Source of the DNA: Eledone cirrhosa
Taxonomy: Eukaryota
Assembly: GCA_964016885.1 (NCBI GenBank)
Contig: OZ024742.1
Location: 43,834,001 to 43,898,000, forward strand
Direction: 5' to 3'
Length of the DNA stretch: 64,000 bases
In this document: one piece after another, positions 21,609 through 33,549 of the stretch
Numbering within the stretch: position 1 is the first letter of the stretch
How the letters are laid out: each line of letters opens with the position of its first letter
Translations under genes and position numbers: made by a program
Notes under the pieces: generated by a model
Seen by the model: the letters and a program-made list of their open reading frames with translations, nothing else
What the model was told of the DNA's origin: nothing
The model's database searches: none

Positions 21609-22420
21609 ACGCAATCAAACTTACATAGAGGTGTGTGTGCATACATACATCATCGTTATATACCACTTATCACAGTTATTCACAACTATTTTTATGATTT
21701 ATGCCTTACCCACTCACCTTCTGCTTGAAAAGTAGCAAGCACCCCAAAATCTGCAAGCCACCCGCTCAATCTCCACCCTTCTAATGCAATTTTTTATCTT
21801 TCTTGGAGTTGTTTGTCAGTGAGATTCCAAACAGATCTTTTCTGCTCTAATTATCAAATTTATCTTTTTCAGTATCAATTTTTTTACATTATATTCTTAA
21901 TCATACAACTTTAAAAAAAAAAAAAATGAAATCTTTTTTAGATTTTAAAGAAAAGACACACACACATATATATAATTTATGTATCTGTTTGTGTGTTTAT
22001 ATATGTATGCATGTATGCATGCAAGAAATAAATGTAAACAGCAAAGCAAACAGCACAGTACAATGAAGAAATATATTTAACGCTTAATATAGTAGGGAAA
22101 GAGTAACATTTTGGACACTAGTCCATCAGAATTTTGAGGAGCTTAACAGAAAGCTTTATTGCATATCGAGTCTCCAAGTTGTCCTCACGTCCCAACTGCA
22201 TTGTAGAACATGTCAGCTGTGGCATAGTGTTTAAAGTGTTGTAGCAGCCCAAACCTTCAATCTGGAAAAAAAGATTTGGCATGTTAGCTTAGTGTTTGTA
22301 GATAAATGAATACTGATTACAAAGAAACTTATAACTTAAGATATGAGCCGATAATTAATTTTTTTGTTTTTAAAATATGACTGAAAGTGACACCTGAACA
22401 ATTACCAACCAAATTACCCT

Positions 22421-22630
22421 TCACCTCTCAGTCCCAGCCGACAGGATGGAGAATACATTGCTCCAGATAATAGCGAGGGAGACATGGTGGAACAGCCACT
22501 CCACCTCGCAGAGCTTGCTCCTGCTGGTGGCCAACTCTGCTCCGATAACAGTGAGTAGGGATGTTGTCCAGGGGCCAAGAATGCCTGAAGTCTCCACTGC
22601 TACAGGTTCTACCACAAACCTATATCTGGT
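22421..22630 (-). pseudogene. C-terminal fragment of a CRE-type (restriction-like endonuclease) non-LTR retrotransposon
   Basis: EPVAVETSGILGP...EVEWLFHHVSLAIIWSNVFSIL matches the characteristic FxPxAVETxGxxG...FLFQRxSxAIQRGNAxxIL terminus of CRE-like ORFs. Confidence 0.7.
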
Positions 22631-22654
22631 TCTCTACCTTCTGAATCCAAAAAA

Positions 22655-22808
22655 CTGCTGAAGTTAATTTTGTCTTTCATCTTTGTAAAAGGGGGGGGGG
22701 GGGGCAGTAAAATACAGTACCAGTCAAATAGTGGAGTCGATATAACCAACTTTGTCCCCTCCCCCTCTTTCAAATTGCTTGCCTTGTGCCTACATCAGAA
22801 ACCATAAT
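22655..22808 (+). mobile_element. Old tRNA-SINE 3' half (long subfamily)
   Basis: Degenerate central domain plus CCTTGTGCCTACATCAGAAACC end. Confidence 0.65.
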
Positions 22809-23566
22809 TAAACTGGGTGTTTGTCATAACAGAGATTCCTATATAAAATTATGATGGAATGTTTATAGATAGATATAAATGCTTTAAAATAAACAACTTA
22901 GTACCATAGAACCAAGTAAGATTTCAGGCAGTTTGATATCAAAGGTGTTAAATATTTTTTCCCATCCTATTCTTACCTTATCATGTGGAGTGTGTACCTC
23001 TAACCAACCCCACAATGGTTGCAGAACCACACACACACGCTGGGTAGCAGTTTCCATTCATATTTCTAAGGTTACAATAATAATATCTTAGCGGTGGTGG
23101 TGGTGGTAGCAGTTATGTATTATTTTTCCAAGGTTTAGAATAAAATATCACTCTATACACACTCAATAACTCTTTTGCACAACATTCTCCCTCACTTTTT
23201 CTCATTCCATCTTCCTCTTCTCTCCATCTCACATCTCTCAACAACGTCTACAATACTCTGTATGAAAAAGTTATTTTAGTCAATTCCTGCAAATGTTTTA
23301 TTATTTTTAGATTTAATTGAAACATAGACAGTGTCTTTCATTTGAATTATGGGAATGAAAGGGTAAAAAAAAAAATAAGGGAAGAACATATTAGATATTG
23401 TCCTGCTTTATACTGTAGAGAAGACTAGATGGCCACATCTGGAATGCCCTTGGCCATGTCTGCTTAAACAGGGTTAACCTGGAGATGAGCAATAATTGTT
23501 TTCCATACTAAATCTGTTTGCCTGCCACACTTAAGACCCACATGAAACCACATGAAACAGCTTATT

Positions 23567-23613
<47 letters not shown>

Positions 23614-24040
23614 TCATACATACTGTATAACAGCTGACTTTTCTCTAATAACTCTATCCTTTGCTTTCACAAAGATTATCCATTGTTTCTTAAGCTGTTG
23701 TCATTTTATCCTCTATAATTTGTTTATCCTTATAAGGAAGACAGCATATGTCATTTCATGTCACACTACCCACATTAGCCCTTGAGGCTTCCTCTACATG
23801 ATTGCCGGACCTGCTGAATATACCAATCAAACTTTCCTTAAACCTGTTTGAAACTGCCCTTATTAATCCTTTTGTTACTTTATTTCTAATGAAAAAGACA
23901 CTCATTATGTATTACAAATAATTTTAAAAATAATAACCTTTATGTTCCAAACATCAGCTGTATAATGAGAAAGTTAGATATATTAGTAAATTTCTCCAAA
24001 TTGTTAATTATTTTTAAATTTGAAAATCATGTCTAATCCA

Positions 24041-24745
24041 CATGGGTCGATTTAATTGACTTACCCCTCCCCCCAAATTGTGGTCCTTGCCCTAAATCAG
24101 AATCCATTGTTACTACCAGGAAGGATGGTGGATTGGCTGTATCGGTAGTGTCGGACAAAATGATTTGTGGTATTTAGTTATGAGTTTTTACATTCTGGTC
24201 AATTTTGTTTTTCATCCTTCCAGGATTGATAAAACGAAGTTCAAATAAAGAACTGATGTCGATATAATTAACTTTCTCTTTTCCCGAATTTGCTGGCCTT
24301 GTGTCTGTTATTATTGCTGCCACCACTGCTGCTGCTACTACTACTGTCGGTAGATAGTAGGAAAAGTAGAGCATTGGACAAAATGTGTTGCAATATTCAG
24401 TTATGTCCCTTTACATTCTTAGTTTAAGTCTTGTTGAGATGTGAATTTTGATTTTCATCTGTTCAGGTATGGCTAAAGAAATAAAATGCCAGTCAGCTTA
24501 ATCTTCTGCATCACCCCTCTCTCAAGTGAATTGGTAGTATTAATAGAGCTTGGGATAAAATGCTTTGCAGTATTTATTTAAGACTTTCTACTGAGTTCAA
24601 ATCCTGCCGAGGTCATCTTTGCATTTCATCCTTCCAGAGTTGATAAAATAAGTACCAGTAAAATAAGTACCAGTAAAATATTGAGGTTGATATAATCAAT
24701 TTGACCCAGCCCCAGAAATTGCTGGCCTTATGCCTAGATTAGTAG
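24041..24745 (+). mobile_element. Head-to-tail array of ~4 diverged tRNA-SINE copies
   Basis: Repeated heads (GGATTGGCTGTATCGGTAG), central domains and GGCCTT.TGCC tails at ~24041, 24125, 24345 and 24525. Confidence 0.7.
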
Positions 24746-24769
24746 TATTATTTTTGACACCTGTAGGCA

Positions 24770-24935
24770 CAGGTGTGAATGTGTAGTTAAAAAGTTCACT
24801 AAGCAACTACATGGTCTTCATCTCCTTCATACTGCGCTGCACATTGAGCAAATGTGAAAATGAGTGTCTTCTTCTATAGACTGAGCAATGCTTTGTGAAT
24901 TTGGTAGATGGAAACATTAAAAGAAACCTGCCTTA
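24770..24935 (+). mobile_element. Second, older SINE family (also ~30690-30815 minus and 63620-63760)
   Basis: Shared ...GC.CCTTG..CAA.TGTCTT..CTATAG.....AA.GC.TTGTGA.T...TGGTAGA.GGAAAC pattern. Confidence 0.5.
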
Positions 24936-25042
24936 TGTGTGCATGTGAAAGTGCATAACCTTGTGGTTAGGGTGTTGAAATTAATAAGAAATGAAATCTC
25001 TTCAGTAAGACACTTCATTCACCATATCACATCACTCATTGC

Positions 25043-27518
25043 ATGGGTCAACAAGAAGCACATCTGATAAAAAACCAGGTCAGGGGCGAGGAATTGGTTA
25101 TTGGATCCCTGCTGAAATGCAAGAAATATATAAATATAATTTCTTTCAAGACTAGGACCTTAAATAACACTAAAATAAAAAAAATTGAACTTAGAGCACT
25201 CTGCAAACACTACAAGCTTGAAGTTACATGTGCATAACATCATTATTACCATCCTGATGATATAATCAAATATTATAATTTATGAAAAGTCTGGAAACTT
25301 GTCTAGTTCAGCTGAGAAGGCTCAAAACAGTTCAACTATTGGAGGAGTAGCATCATTTTAAGTCCAAAATCACCAATAATAATAATAATAATAATAATAG
25401 TAACTTTCAATGTCAATCCAGAGCTAACCATAATCTGTTGTTAGTCCTACAAGAACTGCAGAGATTACTGAACTTTTTACAATGAACTTTCAATTTTTAT
25501 GTGAAGTATCAAAACATAACCTTACTCTCATTGTAAGAGATTTTAACGCAAATATTGGATAAGACAAAGAGTTTTGCTTTTATGACAAAACAGACAGAAA
25601 TGGAGAATAATAGTTGGATCTTTTAAATTAATATAATCTGACTGATTTCAAAGTTAAGTATAAGAAAAAACAATCAAAGTTGTAGACATTTAAATATCCA
25701 AATGGTGTCTGAATTCAACTTGATAATATTTTAATAAATAATAAATGGAAAAATAGTGCAATGAACTGTTCAAGACCAATCTCAAGACAACACTGCCAAC
25801 ACAATGTATGAAAACACAATAGAAACATAAAAAGGCTGCAGAACTGCACAATCTTTGAAATAATGCAAAGCAAAGAAGGTCCCATGAGAAGAATAAGTGG
25901 TAAGCAAAAAGAAAGAATTAAAGTGCCTATTCTAAACATGCTTCATCGGACTAAAAGAAACAAACAGCTTATAGTTGAAGCTAAAAGGAATCTGGATGAT
26001 GCTTATATCAAAGAATAAGACAGCTAGATTAGAAAGAAAGTAGAACCACTGCATAATGCTCACTTAAATCAAAAAGCTAAGCTTGCATGGAATGTTATCA
26101 ATGAAATAACTGGAAGAAAGACATCCAACCAAGGTAAGATAAAAGCTGAAATCCCCGAAGAAAGCGTAAAATTGTGGAAGGAGAATTTTGCTAAGTTACT
26201 TGGACAACCTCCCATGATATTTGAACGAAATATTGACAAGGTATTTGACCCACTGTCTATTGATGTTGGTGATTTTACAATGCAGGACTTGACAGATGCA
26301 ATCAACTCAACGCAAAATCACAAAACTACGGGCTTGGATAATATACCAGCAGAAGTAGGGAAAGTATGCATGAATGAGGAGCTGCTTGAAATCAGCCAAA
26401 AGACCTTCAAAGGAGATGTACTGAAAATCTGGAGGAAAAGAAGAATATTGTCACTACCCAAGGAGAGTGACCAGGGATATACAGTAAATTACAGAAGAAT
26501 TGCTTTATCAGAAGTTGCAGCTAAAATCTACAACAGAATGCTACTAAACAGAATAAGACCACATCTAGATCTGAAACTCAGAATAAATCAAGATGGTTTC
26601 AAACAGAATAGGTCGACACTCTCACAAATATTGACACTGCATAGGCTACCAGATTTCAGATCAAAGAACCTGAAGGCTGTGCTAACTTTCATTGATAAAA
26701 AAGACTTTTGACTCCATCTATAGAGGAAAGATCATGTCAATCCTAGTTGCATATAGCATACTTGACGCCATAGTTTCTGCTATAAATGTACTCTATATAA
26801 ACATGGAAGCTCAAGTTCTCTCTCCTGATGATAATACCAAGTTTTTAAAAATCCTAGCGAGTGCCTTTCAAGGTGACACATTGGCACCATCTCTCTAGAC
26901 TATGCCATGAGGGAAACCATTGTTAATGATCTCAGCTTTACATTGACACATAAATGTTACCAGGACAGAGTATATGTCACTAAATCAAGAAAATTGAAAT
27001 CTTGTCACACTGGATGGCAGAATAATAAATCAAGTTGACGATTTTCTATATTTGAACAACTGAATGAGTTCATCAAAAAGTACATTGACATTAGAATTTC
27101 CAAAGTTTGGGCTGCAATGAACAAAATGGAAAGGATATGGAAGTCAGATCTACCTAGAAAAATCAAATTATCATTCTTCAGTACACCTGCTGAGTCTGTT
27201 CTTGTATGGATCAGGTACATGGACCCTGACACAAGTACTTGTGAAACTGGATGGTGCATACACTAAAATGCGTAGGGTTGTACAAAACAAACTGGCGTCA
27301 ATGTATTACAAATGAAAGTTTATATGGAAACTTGCCTAATATTGTAGGAACCAACTCATGGTAGACACAGTAGAGGAAGACCTGCTCGAACTTGCATTGA
27401 TGAACTCTCAGATAATACAAACCTTAGTAGGGAGCAGTTGCCAGGAGCAATAGAAAATCATGAATTGTGGAGAGACTTTGTGACAAATGTTCAACTGTGG
27501 CTGCAATTATGATGATGA
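25043..27518 (+). mobile_element. Old, heavily decayed near-full-length RTE-clade LINE (APE + RT), distinct family
   Basis: APE start (IISFKTRTLN), GDFN-like motif at ~25535, RT motifs GLDNIPAEV, NYRRIAL..AAKIYNRMLLNRI, NQDGF, QGDTLAP; terminal GATGATGA; many stops. Confidence 0.8.
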
Positions 27519-27730
27519 GCACAACCACTCACTGAGTGGACTGGGTGCATTTTATCATGGCATCAGCACAACCACTCTACAGAATGGACTGGGTGTATGT
27601 TATCATGGCACTAGCACAACCACTCTACAGAGTGGACTGGGTGCATTTTATCACGGAACCAGCACAACCACTCTACAGAATGGACTGGATGCATTTTATC
27701 ATGGCACCAGCGCTACTTTATAGAATGTCC
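27518..27730 (+). repeat. 48-bp tandem repeat, ~4.3 copies
   Basis: GCACAACCACTCTACAGA(G/A)TGGACTGGGTGCATTTTATCA(T/C)GG.AC.A recurs at 48-nt spacing (27566, 27614, 27662). Confidence 0.92.
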
Positions 27731-28147
27731 ACGGTACCAACACTCGAGCAACTGCTGTGTCATGTGTACTCAAGTTAGCCTTTTAATGCTCTATATGAAA
27801 TCTCTTAAAACTAATTTAATTTTTTTCCATACAGATGGCATTTAAGTTATTCTCTAAACAATTCTATTCTCCTTCACCACCAATGTAGAATCTTATATAC
27901 ATTTACATACTAACTCCCTCATTTTCTGCTGGTAGGCTTTACTCTCAAGGTCATACATAAATTCAAAACTTATTGTCTTTCATGTTTGCTGACAAAATGA
28001 AAATAATATCCATTGGCTAACTCGCCCCCACACACAATTATTTCTAGTTAGTTTTTTAATGCTAATCTCACCTACTGCTTCATGTTAACACAAATTTATG
28101 TGAATATATTATATATATATATATATATGTATGCATGTATATATGGT

Positions 28148-28217
<70 letters not shown>

Positions 28218-28372
28218 GTCGATTAAATCAACTCCAGTGCATTACTGGTGCTTTATTTTATCAACCTCATAAAGTTGAAAGGCAAAGCTAACCTCGGCGG
28301 GATTTGAACACAGACCTCAAAGGGCCGTAACTTTATGCGGCAATGCATAGTGCCCAACATTCTACCGATACG
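28218..28372 (-). mobile_element. tRNA-derived SINE
   Basis: Reverse complement of the SINE consensus (GAAAGGCAAAGCTAACCTCGGCGGGATTTGAAC). Confidence 0.85.
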
Positions 28373-28527
28373 TAGTGAGCAAAGAAATTTTAATTAAAAT
28401 TTCAGCAATATTGTGAAAAAATCATCTCGGTGACTGATTCTGTTTAAGAAAGACAGGGGACAGGGGATATAACTCAGGAATTTCAAATAAAATTAAATAG
28501 AGAATGTAGTTAACAGTATGGTCACAA

Positions 28528-28568
28528 TTTTGCACATTTTTCGGTTTTATTAGACCTCATCAGCAAAA
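28528..28568 (-). ncRNA. Degenerate minimal type I hammerhead ribozyme
   Basis: Minus strand reads UUUUG-CUGAUGA-GGUCUAAUAAAACC-GAAA-AAUG-UG-CAAAA. Stem I and an imperfect stem II can form, but the cleavage site is UG rather than UH. Confidence 0.45.
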
Positions 28569-28939
28569 TAGACTAGCTGTTACTGTCATGTCTTAGAATC
28601 ACTAGAAAGGATATAGGAACTTCATGTAGGAAGACTAAGTGGCATGATAGAAGAATAGTTGTGGTGAATACTCAGGCACTCCTGCTGAATAAAAAACATA
28701 ATGAAGTGTGTGCTGACATAATGTGCTGAACCAATAAATTTTAATTCAAATTACACACACAGTTATGAGAACCAATCATTATTATTCTTTCCCCACTGAC
28801 TACTCATCTATCTTTGTGTGTTCGTTCGTGTATGTCTAACTGTGCATGTCTGTCTATTTGTTTGTGTCTGTATTTATCTGTGTCTATCTATCTGTGTCTG
28901 TATCTATCTGTCTGTATCTGTTTGTCTGTCTGATTGTAT

Positions 28940-29709
28940 CTGAGCCTGACAAAATGCTTTGCTGTATTTGTTGTGACTCTGAGTTGAAATCCAACCAAGG
29001 TCAACTTTGCATTTCCTCCTTCTGGTGTTGATAAAATAATTATCACTCAAGTACTAGATTGGATGTAATCAACTTCCACTCCCCATAAATTGTTGGACTT
29101 GTGTTTAAAGTAGAAATCATTATTTAGAGTTCAAATCCCGCCGAGGTCAACTTTGCCTTTCATCCTTACGGGGTCAATAAAATAAAGTACCTGTAATGTA
29201 CTGGGTAATTTCTGGTCTTGTGCCAAAAGTAGAAACAATTATTAGTAGGGTGGTAGATTGGCAATATCGGTAGAGCGTTGGACAATGTGCTTTGAGTCAT
29301 TGTTACGGCCCTTTACGTTCTGATTTCAAATCCCACTGAGGTTAGCTTTGCCTTTAATCCTTATAGGGTCGATAAAATAAAGTACCAGTAATGCACTGGG
29401 GTCGATTTAATTGACTTTCCCCTCCCCTAAAATTGTTGGCCTTGTGTCTAAATCAGAAACCATTGTTGTTATTAAGAGCAGCAGTGCTTAAAGATGATGG
29501 ATTGGCAGAATCATTACTGTTGGACAAATGATTAGCAGTATTTGTTCTAGCTCTTTACATTTTGTGTTGAAATCCTGGCAACGTCAGCGTTGCCTTTCAT
29601 CTTTCTGGGGTAGATAAAATAAAATACCAGTAAAGAATTAAGGCAGATATAACTGACTTTCCACTTTATACAAATTGCTGGCCGTGTGCCTAAATTAGAA
29701 ATCATTATT
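28940..29709 (+). mobile_element. Head-to-tail array of four tRNA-SINE copies (~28940, 29126, 29248, 29495)
   Basis: Four successive central domains, each ending AGAAA(T/C)CATTATT; both long and short subfamilies present. Confidence 0.88.
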
Positions 29710-30383
29710 AACAGTAGTAGTAATTATAGAATTTTAAAATCTTGTCCTGTCCAGCCCAACCCTACCAGTCTAGACTAGCTTAAGCCACCATTCCCAACCA
29801 CAGTGAGATGATCCTTCATATTTACTTGTCTCAGTGAGTCTGACTTGGAAAACCAGTTCCACTCCTACTTCTCAGTTCAGTCATTTGCTGGAGAAAGTGT
29901 GCTCAGCTGCCAAAGGAGGGTTGGGGACAGACAAACAACTCCCCCTCCCCCCAAGTAAGCAAAAGAAAAAAATATCCAATTCCAACAAACACACATACGT
30001 TTGTTGAATGACCAAGTATTGATAAAATCAAACTGGTATCTCCAATTCTCATTATGGAGTGTGTTTAGTTGGTTTAAAGGACCTCTGTTTCAACAATGTG
30101 TTCCAGTTGTTCAGTCAACAGAACGGCTTACTCATTAAATTAATGTATAAATATCTGAGTATTTTATACACACACATGTACCATTAACCCTTCTATTACT
30201 ATATTTCTAATAATGAAAGACACTGCCTATGATTTTCAAGTATTTTTTTTTATTAAAAGAATTTTGAGAGATTTGGTGTTTGGAGCATAACTTAACAATT
30301 GCTCTTATGATGGAATATTTGTAGATGTCAAGTTTAAGACAAACAGCTTCATATTATAGAACCAGGGGCAGTTTTGTAGTCAG

Positions 30384-30599
30384 TTAACCCTTTAGCATTT
30401 ACATTACTCTGTATTTACTATTGCATTTTCACAGTAAAGGCTTTATTCCACATAATTTCCAATCTATGAGATTTTGGTATTATTTATTTTGAGAGAAATT
30501 CTTTAACATAAGTATGAGTGGCCAACTATAGCTGGTTTGAACAGAAAAAGGTGAGAGAATTCTGGCCAGATACGGCCAGTTTAAATGCTAAAGGGTTAA
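30384..30599 (+). mobile_element. piggyBac-type MITE with intact TTAA TSDs
   Basis: TTAA|CCCTTTAGCATTTA...TAAATGCTAAAGGG|TTAA: a perfect 14-bp TIR plus TTAA duplication. Confidence 0.9.
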
Positions 30600-30816
30600 A
30601 TCAAACAACTTCGTATTATAGAACCAAGGGCAGTTTCAGGCAGTTTTATAATCAGTTCAAGTAATTCTCAGCTACATTGTGTGACAAAGCTGGAATTAGA
30701 ATTACAAGTATAGCCCACCCAATGGGTTTCCATACAGTTTGTATTTATCTAATCTCATGCACAAGGCTTAGATTGACCCTAGGCTATGGTAAAAGACACT
30801 TAATGGAGATGCCACA

Positions 30817-31015
30817 TACAAGAGTCAGCTGGAAAGTTCATAGGCTGACCAAGGTAATCTCGTCGAATGACCAAATGAGGTTTATTTTTTTACATAGTCC
30901 CCAGAAAGAAATAATTCAGTTATTAATAAGAGTTGAAATTAATGCATGCAAGATTTTACAGCTCTAGCATCACTCTTTCATAGTCAGCCTATGAACTTTT
31001 CTGCCAATCCTCGTA
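30817..31015 (+). mobile_element. Tc1/mariner-type MITE
   Basis: TA-flanked imperfect TIRs (..AAAGTTCATAGGCTGAC / GTCAGCCTATGAACTTT..CCTCG-TA); second copy at ~33550-34099. Confidence 0.8.
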
Positions 31016-31309
31016 GTGTACTCAAACCAAGAATCTCATGACTGCAAAGTAAAGTTGTTAATCATTTGACTATGTTTAAACTACTGTGGTTTGATTCTTG
31101 TTTATGAGAACTGGTTGAATGCTAAGAGAACATTGTTGGTCTTTGTCTTGAGTTTAAATAATCTCTAAAAAGACATGAAACAATATCCATGTACTTTGAT
31201 CTTATCTTGAAAGAATTCTTAAGAGCTTTTGGTGACAATGTATAGGTCTTCTGTTTAAATTCAATATACTTTGTACAGTGATAGTGCATTTTATAAAATC
31301 ACCATCACT

Positions 31310-31568
31310 CTGTGTGCCTGTAAAATGGTAGTGCTGGTGCCATAGAATGCACCTAGTGCACCCTGTAAAGTGGCAGTGTTGATATCACAATAAAATGCAT
31401 TTTATTTTGTAAATAGGTTGGCATTAGAAAGGATATCTAGCCATAGAAATCATGCCAGAATAGAACAGATGAGTAACACATGGTCTTCTGACTTGTCTAG
31501 TCTCAGACCATGATCAGCTGTGCAATCCATGCCAGTGTGGAAAATAGATGTAAATTGATGATGATGAA
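31310..31568 (+). mobile_element. Old RTE-type 3' end (RTE or RTE-tailed SINE) with (GAT)n tail
   Basis: GGTTGGCATTAGAAAGGATATCTAGCCATAGAAA resembles the RTE 3'UTR motif GGTTGGTGTTAGGAAGGGCATCCAGCTGTAGAAA; ends CCATGCCAGTGTGGAAA..GATGATGATG. Confidence 0.7.
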
Positions 31569-31947
31569 TATATTTTTCTTTATCTATTATGTACATAATG
31601 CTGCATGCCTTCGTTCACACCAAGCTAATATAGAAACAAATATCAAATTATCTAGGTATGTTTCCAGAATTAAACTGATGTACTTGTTTTTTAAGGAATA
31701 ATCTCCATTTCTTTCTCCCTCTCTCCCTCTTTCCTCCCCCCTTGCGTTTTGTCATGTTACTGTCAGAGCTGTCTTACAAGTGTGATATAAAACTCAAATA
31801 CATACATATGTATATGTGTGTATATATATATATATTCATTCATATTCATTTATCATCCACCTTTTTCATACTGACATGGGTTGGACAGGTTGTCACAGTC
31901 CATAATCACAGCCAGACTTTTTGCTTATATATGCACTTTATTTCTCT

Positions 31948-31987
<40 letters not shown>

Positions 31988-32004
31988 AATATATATATAT
32001 ATAT

Positions 32005-32105
32005 AGCATCTCCCCCAAAATATATACACACTTCCAACAGCATTCTAATAAATATTGCCTGTACAGGTAATCAAAGTGTGTATACATTTTGAGGGGGCAC
32101 CTTCT
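32005..32105 (-). mobile_element. Degenerate copy of the small mariner-like MITE at 59426
   Basis: Internal CAACAGCATTCT..AAATATTGCCTGTACAGGTAATC is the reverse complement of ~59469-59505. Confidence 0.7.
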
Positions 32106-32169
32106 GTGTGTGTGTACACTCGTTATACACACACACACACGCACGTATGTATATATATATATATATATA

Positions 32170-32742
32170 TAATAAAATATGGAGAAAAATACTGCAGGTA
32201 GCGCATGGATAACATGTAATAAAATGAGTCCCTCATCAGTGATTTGCCAACGATCATAGATATTTCATTGCATTAAAAATCATATACCTCACGTCGGTGC
32301 AATAATAACTAAAATAAGTTATTAGGACAATTAAAACGCGTAAAGCGAGTGAGACAGGAGAACAACAAAGAGTATAGCTAACCGTAGGGGAATGAAACAA
32401 GCTTCATAATTATTCTGTTTAGCATAAGCTAGGTGAATATATGAGCGCTTTAGAAAAAAGACCTTACACGAACGAAGGCCATGTGAGAAGAGAGAAAAAT
32501 AGCCTTCGTGGTGTACGGGATGAAGTGAAGAGAGGAGAAACAGTGAGTGAGTGAAAGTGTGCGGAAGAGTTAACAGACATGACAGAGGGGGCGAAAGAAA
32601 GTAGGAGAAACAGAGAGAATGGGGGAGCAGTAAGAGAGAGAGAGAGAGAGAGAGAGAAAAACACAGAATCGCAGTTTGGGTAAATATATGTAATAAAATA
32701 TGGAGAAAAATACTGCAGGTAGCGCATGGATAACATGTAATA
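32170..32742 (-). mobile_element. Element bounded by 52-bp direct repeats (Penelope-like pLTR remnant candidate)
   Basis: Identical TAATAAAATATGGAGAAAAATACTGCAGGTAGCGCATGGATAACATGTAATA at 32170 and 32691; TA-flanked; minus-strand CTGATGA adjacent to the repeat. Confidence 0.55.
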
Positions 32743-32974
32743 TATATACACACATATACACATACATATGTGTATATGTGTTTTGCAAGAGTTGTCAACA
32801 TGAATGGACCTGATATTTTTCTCTAAAGACATTTTTTCCAATTCCACCCCGCCCGTCCCCTCAATCCATCTTATTTCTCATTCTTTCTTCTGATGGACTA
32901 GCGTCTGTAACGTTAAAACCCTCTTCCATATACTGGACCGATTGTGTTGTTATTTCTGTTTACTTTCTGCGCAA

Positions 32975-33014
<40 letters not shown>

Positions 33015-33500
33015 GCGCGCGCGAGAGAGAGACTTTATTGGTAACATTTTCATTGAAAAATTTGTTACTTTTTATGGAATAGATCTGACAACCCTGTTTG
33101 TTAGTTTATTGTTAGCAATGTTAATTACAATTAAGTCAATCGTAATTTTGTGAAAGAATGAATGGGTTTTGTGTGTGAGTGTTAAGTTTTTTATTCTTGT
33201 ATGTATCTATTTTTCTTTTTACTACAATCTTCATCATTGTCCTTGTCATTCTTATCTCTGTCTTGGCTATGTATTATATGAGAGATGTGTTTAAACAATT
33301 GTAAAGTATTAAATGTTTTAAGAATTCTTGTCATCTCAATTTGTTCTGTATGCTTTGTATTGAATATGTCACTTTTTTATACTCTCATATGACACTTAAC
33401 TATATTTCTATCTGTAAACATAAACTCACCAGATAACTTTGTGTATGTGGTATATATATATATATATTTATATGTATATATATCTTGGTCAGCCAACACT

Positions 33501-33536
<36 letters not shown>

Positions 33537-33549
33537 TATATATACGCCT

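Noticed and set aside
27487-27778. Repeat-protein ORFs or CRISPR-like array
   Set aside because: Contiguous 48-bp tandem units with no unique spacers, eukaryotic context, and resemblance to a retroelement 3'UTR module.
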